Origin: Macrostomum lignano | Taxonomy: Eukaryota | DNA: 64,000 bases | Reading direction: 5' to 3' | Assembly: GCA_002269645.1 (NCBI GenBank) | Contig: NIVC01000646.1 | Coordinates: 348,636-412,635, forward strand | Shown here: positions 44,635 to 57,054 of the stretch, one piece after another | How the letters are laid out: each line of letters starts with the position of its first letter | Position numbering within the stretch: position 1 is the stretch's first letter | Notes under the pieces: model-generated | Seen by the model: only the letters and a program-made list of their open reading frames with translations | What the model was told of the DNA's origin: nothing | Databases searched by the model: none | Translations under genes and position numbers: made by a program

Positions 44635-45566
44635 AATTACTTCTGATAATTGTTGAGAACAGGTTTCGGCCCCACTAATTACCTCTGATAATTGCTGAGA
44701 ACAGGTTTCGGCCCCACTAATTACCTCTGATAATTGCTGAGAACAGGTTTCGGCCCCACTAATTACTTCTGATAATTGCTGAGAACAGGTTTCGGCCCCA
44801 CTAATTACCTCTGGTAATTGCTGAGAACAGGTTTCGGCCCCACTAATTACCTCTGATAATTGCTGAGAACAGGTTTCGGCCCCACTAATTACCTCTGATA
44901 ATTGCTGAGAACAGGTTTCGGCCCCACTAATTACCTCTGATAATTGCTGAGAACAGGTTTCGGCCCCACTAATTACTTCTGATAATTGCTGAGAACAGGT
45001 TTCGGCCCCACTAATTACCTCTGATAATTGCTGAGAACAGGTTTCGGCCCCACTAATTACCTCTGATAATTGCTGAGAACAGGTTTCGGCCCCACTAATT
45101 ACTTCTGATAATTGCTGAGAACAGGTTTCGGCCCCACTAATTACTTCTGATAATTGCTGAGAACAGGTTTCGGCCCCACTAATTACCTCTGATAATTGCT
45201 GAGAACAGGTTTCGGCCCCACTAATTACTTCTGATAATTGCTGAGAACAGGTTTCGGCCCCACTAATTACCTCTGATAATTGCTGAGAACAGGTTTCGGC
45301 CCCACTAATTACCTCTGATAATTGCTGAGAACAGGTTTCGGCCCCACTAATTACCTCTGATAATTGCTGAGAACAGGTTTCGGCCCCACTAATTACTTCT
45401 GATAATTGCTGAGAACAGGTTTCGACCCCACTAATTACTTCTGATAATTGCTGAGAACAGGTTTCGGCCCCACTAATTACCTCTGATAATTGCTGAGAAC
45501 AGGTTTCGACCCCACTAATTACTTCTGATAATTGCTGAGAACAGGTTTCGGCCCCACTAATTACCT
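44635..45566. repeat. 42-bp minisatellite, ~22 near-identical copies
   Basis: CTGATAATTGCTGAGAACAGGTTTCGGCCCCACTAATTACCT head-to-tail. Confidence 0.97.
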
Positions 45567-45999
45567 ACTGTAGCGCAGTAGGTGGTCGTGCTGACAACCA
45601 CTCTGCGAACCTGCGCCACAATCGCAGCATCATTTTAATCCATTTTTAGAAGTGTCTTATTACAAAAGCAGAGCTTTCTTAGTCTATATATTTTTTATAA
45701 TTAGTCTTCGATTCTTTTTGTTTTTTAAAGTACTGTTTACACAATGGCACTTGACTCTTGAATTTGTTTGACAAATGACCAAGCGTAAATGCAATTAGCT
45801 ATTTTATCTCAATATTGGTAGATTTAATACAAAAATATACAAACCATGAATTGATTTCATGAAAAGATTTTAGAACTGTTTTAATTTTCTAGCTCGCTAC
45901 TATCAGTTTCTGCGTGTGCGTCTTCGGTTCTGATTGATTTGGCTTCAACTATAGTTCAGAAAATTTTTAGTATATAGGACTGAGGGGTATCTCAGGTTG

Positions 46000-46300
46000 A
46001 GGGTTTTAGATCAGTGGTTGGAGCATCGGACTGACAACTTGAAGGTTCGGGGGTTTGAGTCCAGATCCCACCGGAACAATTTGTGTCCTCGAGCAAGACA
46101 CTTAACTCTGCATTGCTTCAGTTCACCCAGGTGTAAAATGGGTGCCAGCTGGGGTAATTGAGGGTGTTTGTGGCGACTCCCCCGTCCTTGGACTGAACAG
46201 CCGTACGCAGCCTTCAGATGCGCCGCGCAATAGCTGCGGCTGAGCTGTCGGTTGCACATCTGGCCCATTGGGGCAGGTGGTGTAAGCAATTATTATTTAT
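46000..46300 (+). mobile_element. tRNA-derived SINE, copy 2
   Basis: Colinear with 11993-12298 (shared CAACTTGAAGGTT, GGAACAATTTGTGTCC, GCCTTCAGATGCGCCGCGCAATAGCTGCGGCTGAGC); more decayed A/B boxes. Confidence 0.85.
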
Positions 46301-46564
46301 GATTGCGATAGAAGGCGCAATCGGACAGCAGCAGTCCACTCATTCCTACTATAAGTAATCTGCAAAGTGGAAGCGCATTGAGAGCAGTGGCTTGGACCCC
46401 CCGGCCAGCCAATCAGAAGCCGGCGCGCGCCACGGCATGACGGCAAATAAAACGGGGGCAGTTTTCGGCGAAAAAGCGGAGACACATTGAAGTTTTGCAG
46501 CCCAGATTCGGGACTCAAATTTTCTATCAAAGTTGGAATTTAAAAAGCAATCTCCGCAGACACT

Positions 46565-49500
46565 ATGCTGGCGGGTCCGAACCCTTGCAGTCTTTTGCTT
46601 CTAATAATTTTAATTTCTATCAAATCCACTGGCGCCAGACCGGCAATGCAGGCGCTAGAATTAGCGCCTACTAGCGCCGGCGGCGCCAAACTGATACGGC
46701 GAAGCGCCAGTCCGCATCGAGTTGGGTTCAGCATCGGCGAGGCGGCCATGGAGACGCTGAGCAACAGCGGTTTCGATAGCGCCGACTTTAAGAGGCGCGA
46801 GGCGCTGGTCGTGAGCTCGGTGGGTCGGCTGCGCAGCGAACGGTTTCAGGGCTGGACGGCTGAGACAGGTGAGGCGGTGAACTTTCTTTGGTCCTTCTGT
46901 ACTTTCTGTGTCTTCATCAGTGTGAGTTGCAGTAAGAGTTGCTGTGTGAGATGCAGTGTGAGATGCAGTATGAGTTGCAGTGTGAGTTGCAGTGTGAGTT
47001 TCGAAGTGCGAGTTGCAGTGTGAGTTGCAGTATGAGTTGCAGTGTGAGTTGCAGTATGAGTTGCAGTGTGAGTTGCAGTGTGAGTTGCAGTGTGAGTTGC
47101 AGTGCGAGTTGCGAAGTGCGAGTTGCAGTGTGAGTTGCAGTGTGAGTTGCAGTGCGAGTTGCAGTGCGAGTTGCGAAGTGCGAGTTGCAGTGTGAGTTGC
47201 AGTGTGAGTTGCAGTGCGAGTTGCGAAGTGCGAGTTGCAGTGTGAGTTGCAGTGCGAGTTGCAGTGTGAGTTGCAGTGCGAGTTGCAGTGTGAGTTGCAG
47301 TGTGAGTTGCAGTGTGAGTTGCAGTGTGAGTTGCAGTGTGAGTTGCAGTGCGAGTTGCGAAGTGCGAGTTGCAGTGTGAGTTGCAGTGCGAGTTGCAGTG
47401 TGAGTTGCAGTGCGAGTTGCAGTGTGAGTTGCAGTGTGAGATTTTTCAGTTGCGTAAGCTGAGGCAGTGTCCAATAAGCATATTTCAACTTCACCAATCG
47501 CTGTTTTGATGACGAACAGTGAACTGCTGTACAGATTTTCAGCTTCCTTCAGTTTCTCTGCACTTGGCAAAAGTTCTTTCACAGTCTCTCAGTAAATTTC
47601 AGATTCAAAGTTCAACAAATGTCTGAAATTTAATGAAATTCGAATAAGATTTTTGAAGCTACAGAAATATTTGTTTTTATGTGTCTGTGCATTGGAAAGG
47701 CCCTTTGAAACTGTCAGCGAGATATTTGAGTTTTTATGGCTTGTCAAGTTTCTGTCTGTCTGTCTGTCAGACTGTCAGTGCTAACCCCAATTAGTTGTCT
47801 GCCTTGAACTCTTCGAGTGCTCCAGCTTCTGCAACACTGTGCAGTGCCCACTGGGCACCCCGCAACAGCCCCAATTTTTAGCAGCACCACAAACAGCATC
47901 ACAAACAGCATCACAAACAGCATCACAAACAGCATCACAAACAGCACCACAAACAGTATCACAAACAGCATCACAAACAGCATCACAAACAGCATCACAA
48001 ACAGCATCTCAAACAGCATCACAAACAACAACACAAACAGCATCACAAACAGCATCACAAACAGCATCACAAACAGCATCACAAACAGCACCACAAACAG
48101 TATCACAAACAGCATCACAAACAGCATCACAAACAGCATCACAAACAGCATCACAAACAGCATCACAAACAACAACACAAACAGCATCACAAACAGCATC
48201 ACAAACAGCATCACAAACAGCATCAAAAACAGCATCAAAAACAGCATCACAAAAAGCATCACAAACAGCATCACAAACAGCATCACAAACAGCATCACAA
48301 ACAGCATCACAAACAGCATCACAAACAGCATCACAAAAAGCATCACAAACAGCATCACAAACAGCATCACAAACAGCACCACAAACAGCATCACAAACAG
48401 CATCACAAACAGCATCACAAACAGCATCACAAACAGCATCACAAACAGCATCACAAACAGCATCACAAACAGCATCACAAACAGCATCACAAACAGCATC
48501 ACAAACAGCATCACAAACAGCATCACAAACAGCATCACAAACAGTATCACAAACAGCATCACAAACAGCACCACAAACAGCACCACAAACAGCACCACAA
48601 ACAGCACCACAAACAGCATCACAAACAGTATCACAAACAGCATCGCAAACAGCATCACAAACAGCATCACAAACAGCATCACAAACAGCATCACAAACAG
48701 CATCACAAACAGCATCACAAACAGCATCACAAACAGCACCACAAACAGCACCACAAACAGCACACCAAGTCGAATAGCTTCTTAAGAAAGTTTTCTGCGC
48801 CACATATCGGCAGTCGACGTGGCCGACAATTTTTGGAATCGCAACTCAACAATATATTGTTGATCAAATTGAATGGGAAATGCGTGCTGAGGCCGGCAAT
48901 GATTAATTAATAATTTCCGACTGCCTATAAAAATGCCTGCAGTAGAGATTTACGTTGCCACCCGTATTCTATTTTGTCTGGCAATTTTTTAGACAAATTT
49001 ACCCGTGTTCTGGCAGCCTGCCAACTTGTAGCAGAGGAGCGAACATCATCCCAGCTTCATGCAGGTTTTAATCCCAACTTGGAAGCGAGCCAATTGGTTT
49101 CTAGCCCGCACTACTTTTGTCTCCCTTCACACTGCTTGGTCCAGTTCTGCTCCCATTGAATGCACAATTGGGTATTGAGTCACAAGGGCTCCACCGCCCA
49201 CGCATTCCGTTCCTGCTACCCTATGCGGATTCTCCACTCAGGATATATTTGGGGGGAGATTCTTCCTCTCATTTTGGCACGCTGCCAACTTAAACAAAAT
49301 GCGAAGTAGTAGAGAAGTTCAACGAGGCTTTCCCGCCTACAAAAAGTTGAGTGATTCGTTTTGAAAACGATGAGTTTAATTTCGGATTTTTACAGTCGGC
49401 AATCTTGAACCCGTATTTCACATTTTCCAGTGCTAAATGTCCAGATGGTGTTAAACTTTAACACTGGTCAGCCTCTACAACTGCCGGGCGACAAGGCCTC

Positions 49501-51893
49501 GGACAGAGGCGAATTTAAGTTTTTAATCAAAAGCCATTTTGGGAAACACTACATCTGCATGAACAACTTGGCGGATGTCTACACCACGGTAATTAACTTT
49601 GTACATTAACTACCATCCGCCTCACTCCATTCTGGCTCTCCCTGCGGGGGGGGGGTTCAACCACGCCCACCCCAATTCTATCTCTCTTAGCGGGAGGTTC
49701 AATCCACGCTACCCCAATTCTGTCTCTCACTGCGGGGGGTTCAACCACGCCCACCCCAATTCCGGCTGTCCCTGCGGAGGGTTCAACCACGCCCACCCCA
49801 ATTCCGGCTCTCTCAGCGGGAGGTTCAATCAACGCCCACCCCAATTCTGGCTCTCTCAGCGGGAAATTCAATCCACGCTCACCCCAATTCTGGCTCTCTT
49901 AGCGGGAGTTTCAATCCACGCCCACCCAAATTCCGGCTCTCCTGCGGAGGGTTCAACCACGCCCACCCCAATTCCGGCTCTCTTAGCGGGAGGTTCCATC
50001 CAAGCCCACCCCAATTCTGGCTCTCCCTGTTGGGGGTTCAACCGCGCCCACCCCAATTCTGTCTCTCTTAGCGGGAGGTTCAATCCACGCCCAACCCCAA
50101 TTCTGGCTCTCTCAGCAGAGGGATAGGCTGCACTGCATTCACGCCAGTCCGAGTGTATCTTTGTCATGTAAGTTTTAAAGTTTCATAGAATTATCAATCA
50201 AAAAAAGTTCTCTATTTAAATTTCTTTACAATCAATAATTTTCTAACATATTCATAATTCATAATTCATAATCGATCAATTGGGCATCAATAACGGTATG
50301 AGGATTCAGCTATACACTTGTAGATTATGGATTCGATTTCTAAACATTTTTATTGATGCGGCTAATTGAGGATGGCGTCAGACAATGAGAAAATTGGCAC
50401 CACTCTGTTATTTGGCAGTTTGCCAATCATGTCGCAGTTCCTCTATTTAGATGCCTATTAAAAATCTGCTGCAACATCTGCGTCATCGAAACTAGTCCCT
50501 GTTTGTAAGAAGTGTATCTAAGGGAAGCCCCGTTGCTAAGCAGTTGTGTCCAAGAGAAACTCCGTAGATAAGGCACCTTATACATGTATCTACAGTTAAG
50601 GCCACCTCCCCAATCCCCGTTGCAGAAAGTCGAGTCCGGCCGCCTGCCCGAGGACTGCCTGTGGCGCGGCCGTCTGCTGCCCGACCTGCCACTGCCAGAC
50701 CGGAGCCACCGCCCCGCCAGCAGCCGCTTCACCGTGGCCACATTCTACCGGGCCATCCTGCCGGACGCTGCCGTCAAAGGAGGCGGCAATGGGACGCGCA
50801 GTCATAAGGCGGCGAGCCGCTGGTACCTCGGCATCAGCGACAGCCATCCGCAGAACGGGCGCGAGCTGCGCGGCCGCTCCAAGTCAGTCGTATTCCTGGT
50901 GGAAGAGCGACGCAAAGTGGACGCAGACGGTCTCCGCTGGACTGTGATGGACAAGACGCGCCGGAACGAGACGAGGCCGACTGAACAGGTGGAAATCGGC
51001 GCCGGCCGCCTGGTGCGCTTGGAGACCGAGTCGCTGAACTCGGCCACTCGACGGCGTCTCAGAGAGAGCGAGGCCGCTGGCGGCGCCAACGTTGACGCGC
51101 GCTGCTCGGCTGCCAAGGCGGCCGCGGAGGCGCACGCGCTGGAGAAAGCGGCGCTCACCAGACGGGTTCGGCGCCAGCTGCGCCAGCTGCGCGCCAAACT
51201 CCGCGCCCGAGCCGGAGACCGGGCCGTCAGGCTGGCGAACCGCTACTTCAACAAGGACCTCGCGCTGGCCTTTCTGGACGACGCTGGAACGGGCCGCCGC
51301 GGCTGCGTGTCCCGGCGTCGTCTGCGGCGTAGCCGGAAGCTTCACTGCCGGCGCGACCTGCTGACGCTCGCCTTCGAGTCGGCGAGGGTGGCCAGCCTGC
51401 TGGCCGAGCGCGTCTGTCCGGCTCTGGCGGCTGGCGGCTACCGGCTCGGCGGGCGCGCCGGCGAAGGCGTCGCCAGACTCGAAAGAAGCTGCTGCGGCTG
51501 CTGCGATCTAACGGCGGCGGCGGCGGCGGCAGCCTCGTAGCGACGCTGCGCTCGACGCTGAACATCAGCCTGGCGTCGCGATCGAAAATTCGCGAGGCAC
51601 TGCTGCGCCACTGGACGGAGAAGAGCGAGCGCTGGCGGCTGCAGTCGGCCGGGCGGCCCGAGGTCGAGGTGGAAGAATCTTTGCGGTTGGCCCGGCTGGA
51701 CGACTCGGTGAGTTTCGCCCTGGCGGTGCGGCACGCCAGGGCCGGCAAGCTGCGGCTGGAAGCCAGGACCGGCGGCAGGTGCCAGCGGACAAGGCGGGCG
51801 AGACGGCGGCTTCTGACAATGCCACAGTTGAAGAAATTGCGGAGACAATGGAAATCTTTTCCTAAGTTTTACAACTATATTGGCTGCGAATGA
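46565..51893 (+). CDS. Secreted FGF-like ligand with long basic C-terminal extension, 3 exons (one apparent frameshift)
   Basis: Exons 46565-46868 (phase 1), 49431-49588 (phase 1 to 0), 50626-51540 as sequenced (458 aa) or to 51893 after one-base repair (~576 aa). Signal peptide MLAGPNPCSLLLLIILISIKSTGA; FLIKSHFGKHYICMNNLADVYTT|KVESGRLPEDCLW...RWYLGI...VVFL resembles the FGF core. Confidence 0.7.
46918..47440. repeat. 12-bp minisatellite, FGF-like intron 1
   Basis: AGTGTGAGTTGC units. Confidence 0.95.
47885..48765. repeat. 12-bp minisatellite, FGF-like intron 1
   Basis: ACAAACAGCATC units. Confidence 0.95.
49610..50115. repeat. ~38-40-bp degenerate minisatellite, FGF-like intron 2
   Basis: GGAGGGTTCAACCACGCCCACCCCAATTCCGGCTCTC units. 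Confidence 0.9.
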
Positions 51894-53027
51894 AGGAACT
51901 GGATTCACTCATTCGGAAATTAGTTCTATTTAAAGTATCTATTTTGGCTAGTCTAGTTATTTTCATTCCCTTTGGATTTTGCTGATAGGATTGTGTTGTG
52001 CCTTTTTGGTCCTTGTTTGCCTTAAATAGCCTCAGATGCAGCGCTCGGCAATAGGTCATTGCTTTTTGCCTCGCCCCAGCACCGACCTCACGCCATTTTA
52101 ATTACGAGCGTACTGGTCGGCTCTGATTGGCTGGAAGAGTTGGTAGACAGCCTTGCTTTTCTATCCCTGCACACTGCACCCACCCCACGCCGTTTAATTG
52201 CTGGTTGGCCCCGATTGGCTGGGAGAGTTGGTGGATGGACAGTCATGCTTTGCTATCCCTGCACATTGCACCCACCCCACGCCGCACTCCTCCACCTACT
52301 CTCTTCGCGGTTTGAGCCACTTGCTTTAAGGTCATTTTTTAACTACGCTGATAGAATGAAAGCAATACTCTTTTTTTTGCACCTCTTTCAATTCCGCAAC
52401 ATTTTGCCACAAATTTATAACTGTTTCCTTTTACTGTGACGATTTATGTATCGAATATGTTAACGATCTTGCTTTTTCCATGTGTGTTCGTTGTACTCAT
52501 TAAACTGACAAATTTCTCAACCTTCCTACTATACTCACCTGTTTGCAGTGGCACTTTGTGCCGAAATGTTGCACTCAATCAAACATTTATTTTCTGTTGC
52601 TTATCCTTGACTGTTAGACAGCGGTGTAATTCATGATTCATTTCCGGTGAGGTACAGGAGTACTGGGCCAAAATATTACCGACTTCATAGCATGGTCCTA
52701 ATGGCTTGAACAACTTGGCTTGGCCAATTTTATTGTATTGAGCATCACCCACTTTGCACTACAACTTCGGTGTTACTAGACTTCTTGATAATGCTGCTCC
52801 ATTTTTCATATCTAGTTAGTTCGAATGCACTCAATTCGTTTCGTGTTGTTCTTTCTTTTAATAATTGTGCAAACCGCAATTTTCAACCACAACAAGTTCG
52901 ATTCGAACTGCTGAGTAGAAGAACAGATTTTCTGTGTTAAATTATTTTGCAGAGTATGTTGAACAGAAATATAAGCTATAGTTATTGCGGGCCACAGGAA
53001 GTTCTGAAATTCTAACATTGTCCCCAG

Positions 53028-54600
53028 AGTGCCCCCCAGATTGCCCCCAGATTGCCCCCAGATTGCCCCCAGATTGCCCCCAGATTGCCCCCAGATTGCC
53101 CCCCAGATTGCCCCCAGATTGCCCCCAGATTGCCCCCAGATTGCCCCCAGATTGCCCCCCCAGATTGCCCCCCCCAGATTGCCCCCCCCAGATTGCCACC
53201 CCCAGATTGCCGCCAGATTGCCCACAGATTGCCCCCAGATTGCCCCCCCAGATTGCCCCCCCAGATTGCCCCCCAGATTGCCCCCCCAGATTGCCCCCAG
53301 ATTGCCCCCAGATTGCCCCCCCAGATTGCCCCCCCCAGATTGCCCCCCCAGATTGCCCCCAGATTGCCCCCAGATTGCCCCCAGATTGCCCCCCAGATTG
53401 CCCCCCCCCCAGATTGCCCCCCCAGATTGCCCCCCCAGATTGCCCCCCAGATTGCCCCCCAGATTGCCCCCCATGCAGATTGCCCCCAGATTGCCCCCAG
53501 ATTGCCCCCAGATTGCCCCCCAGATTGCCCCCCAGATTGCCCCCAGATTGCCCCCCCCAGATTGCCCCAGATTGCCCCAGATTGCCCCCCCAGATTGCCC
53601 CCCCCAGATTGCCCCCCAGATTGCCCCCAGATTTCCCCCAGATTGCCCCCAGATTGCCCCCCAGATTGCCCCGAGATTCCCCCCCTGATTGCCTCCTAGA
53701 TTGTCCCTCTCCCAAATTGCCCCCAGATTGCCCCCATATTGCCCCCATATTGCCCCCAGATTGCCCCCAGATTGCGCCTCCAGATTGCCCCCCAGATTGC
53801 CCCCAGATTGCGCCCCCAGATTGCCCCCCAGATTGCCTCCCCCAGATTGCCCCCCCAGATTGCCCCCCAGATTGCCCCCAGATTGCCCCCAGATTGCCCC
53901 AGATTGCCCCCCCAGATTGCCCCCCCAGATTGCCCCCCCCCAGATTGCCACCCCCAGATTGCCGCCAGATTGCCCACAGATTGCCCCCAGATTGCCCCCA
54001 GATTGCCCCCCCAGATTGCCCCCCAGATTGCCCCCCAGATTGCCCCCCAGATTGCCCCCCCAGATTGCCCCCCCAGATTGCCCCCAGATTGCCCCCAGAT
54101 TGCCCCCCCAGATTGCCCCCCAGATTGCCCCCCCAGATTGCCCCCAGATTGCCCCCAGATTGAACCCCCAGATTGCCCCCCCCAGATTGCCCCCCCCCCA
54201 GATTGCCCCCAGATTGCCCCCATATTGCCCCCATATTGCCCCCAGATTGCCCCCCAGATTGCCCCCCAGATTGCCCCCCCCAGATTGCCCCCCCCAGATT
54301 GCCCCCCAGATTGCCCCCCCCAGATTGCCCCCAGATTGCCCCCAGATTGCCCCCAGATTGCCCCCAGATTGCCCCCCCCAGATTGCCCCCCCCAGATTGC
54401 CCCCAGATTTCCCCCAGATTGCCCCCAGATTGCCCCCCAGATTGCCCCGAGATTCCCCCCCTGATTGCCTCCTAGATTGTCCCTCTCCCAAATTGCCCCC
54501 AGATTGCCCCCAGATTGCCCCCATATTGCCCCCATATTGCCCCCAGATTGCCCCCCAGATTGCCTCCTAGATTGTCCTCTCTTCCAAATTGCCCCCCAAT
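53028..54600. repeat. C(n)AGATTG satellite with variable C runs and a higher-order duplication
   Basis: 10-15-bp units; diagnostic variants recur ~760-780 bp apart. Confidence 0.95.
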
Positions 54601-55031
54601 TTTCCCCTTCAAAGAGGAAATTGACCCTTATTATCTGACATTTTTGCTTCCAGTTCAAGGATCCATCAGTTAGTTGTCCACGAGCGGTCCCGCCCACCAA
54701 GATCTGTTTCCAGATCGCGGTCCCAGTCTCTATAGCTATAGCTATCGTTTGCGTCACGCGCCCCTATTTTAGAAACGCAGCTTACAGCACAGACAAGAAC
54801 AAGACGACGGGTCTGCTTGGAAACATGAGAAAGGCGCCATGCAGCAACGGAGACATGCCAGTTCAATTAGCCATTTTCCACGCCACTTTGTGCCCATTTT
54901 TCATTTCTCTGTCTCTGCTTTTGCTATGGCTGCGGAGTTGGACCAGAATTTGCTGATATATAGTAAATATAGGCCTCATGTACGGCTATAGACATCGTTT
55001 ATGCTGCTTGGCATTGTTTCGGGCTAAGACC

Positions 55032-55200
55032 TTGTGTCACTGCACTCCCCTGGTCTGTTGTGTCACTGCACTCCCCTGGTCTGTTGTGTCACTGCACTCC
55101 CCTGGTCTGTTGTGTCACTGCACTCCCCTGGTCTGTTGTGTCACTGCACTCCCCTGGTCTGTTGTGTCACTGCACTCCCCTGGTCTATTGTGTCACTGCA
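55032..55200. repeat. 26-bp minisatellite
   Basis: TGTGTCACTGCACTCCCCTGGTCTGT, ~6 copies. Confidence 0.95.
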
Positions 55201-57054
55201 ATCCCTTTGTCACTTGTGTCATCACCCACTTTATCCCTAGTGTCAGCATCTTTATTCGCACTTTTTATGATACTTATGTCATTATGTGATACTTTTAATA
55301 TACTAATATACTTTTCATTATGTGATAATTTGAGATTGAGCGTTATTTTATTATAATTTCCATCCAGGCGCATGAAGTCAAAATTGCGGAAACAATTAAT
55401 TAATTCACCGGTCAGTTCCCGATCTGGAATCTTTGCATGGTAGAAAGGAAATAACAAATCGATGCTATAGCTGCTGCTGTTGTCAACACGAACACATCTA
55501 AAGCAATTTAAGCAGAAATAACTCTAACCCAAAGGCATGCAGAATGAAATATACGGTCGAGCTGTGCCTTGGGTATAGTATCAAATGTAATTTTGTTTCT
55601 TTCCCAACTGAAACCAAGCAGCGCATGATAATCTCAATATAATAGATATTTCTGCATTTTTTCTTATTATTGCCATTCGAATTGCTCAGTGTTGGGGGGG
55701 GGGCGAACAGACCTGCGATCCGTCACAGTCATAGATCTATACTAGCTGTCATCTGAAACCCGCCTGTTTAAACAGACAGTCCACTGAGTGCTGCAAGACA
55801 ATTTTGCCTAGCGCGTGATCCATGATCGCGTGAATGCGCCTTTCGACTAAGTGTTGTTTGCGATTGCAAATTCGTTCAGTAAATGGAAATTTGATATAAT
55901 AGAGGCAGTGCAACTTGAATAAATGCGGTTGTAAATTCAGTTATGAGCATGCACATTAGCACATGTTTATAATACTCGTATCTAATAAAAAACCTTCTGT
56001 TAAAGGAATCCAGAGTACCTTCAGTTATGCTTCTACTGAATATACAGTATACGAATCTATTAGAATTAGAATTAAAATTAATCGATGCGAAGTGTTTTAC
56101 GTGCTTCTGTTCGGCTTGTATCGTTACACAGGCTGTTTAAAACAAAATCTGCTTCATTACGCTAAAATTTTTGCAACAATTGTTTAAAAAGTCTGAAACA
56201 CGAAAAAAATTGTTAAAATATTCATTTATTAAGCACAAGTTTTAATATGAACAATTTGTCGAAAAGCTTGGTTTTGGCATTTGACTTTGTGTTAATGAAT
56301 AGATTAGTTTTCATCTTTTCAATAACTTATACTCGGTTTCGTTATTAGTCGTGACATAAAAACTTTTGGTTTTGTTAGTTCTGACAAAAATAATGACTAT
56401 AGTTTCTAAGAAGTCTTGCTTCAAAAGGAAAATCTTTTACTTATAAGGAGAATTTTTTTCGAAATATCAGCAATGCTTTGCTTTGCAAGCAGATTGTTTT
56501 GATATTATATATATGGTGAGAATATTTTCTGATCATTAAATTTATAACTTATTAATGGTTGTCGTTTTTTTCCTGTCAAGAGATGGTTGTTTTGGCATAG
56601 CTTGGTAAACAACAGTAGATAATTTACTATTTATTAATATTTATATTAATATTTATTTTTTAATAGTTTAAATAAATATTTTTTATACTAACAGACAACC
56701 AGACATTTTGAAAACTTTTTTTGAAAATATTTAAAATGCGTATACTAAAAATTGTAATTAAGCAGTTTAAACGACAAACGATTAATTGTCATGTGTAGCT
56801 CAAATGAATATACTTAATGTATTTTTATCATACCATTTGACTTGCATTAATTTGGCATTACTATAAATGTAGTATCATTAGCTCGTAGTAATATTGAACG
56901 ATTACGTCAAAAATACCATGCATGAAAAAACTCTGGTAGTAAGATAGTTACATAAACAGAAAAAATATGTAGGCAGAATATTTTTTCACATTTAAATGTA
57001 GCTACCAACACGGTGTATTCGCTGCTACAATTAACTCTGGTTATAACTGACCAG

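Noticed and set aside
44635-45566. CRISPR-like regular repeats (also 39590-40097, 61695-61958)
   Set aside because: Head-to-tail units with no unique spacers, no cas genes, eukaryotic context.
47744-48803. Mucin- or antifreeze-like TNSI/ASQT ORFs
   Set aside because: 12-bp array within intron 1 of the FGF-like gene, which splices correctly without it.
52812-54757. Pro-rich and Gly-rich ORFs of 200-570 aa
   Set aside because: Stop-poor C(n)AGATTG satellite; frames shift with C-run length.
54920-55460. Candidate first exons of the RIMBP-like gene (MAAELDQN..., MKSKLRKQ...)
   Set aside because: Could not be joined to exon 57055 with consistent phase and good donors.
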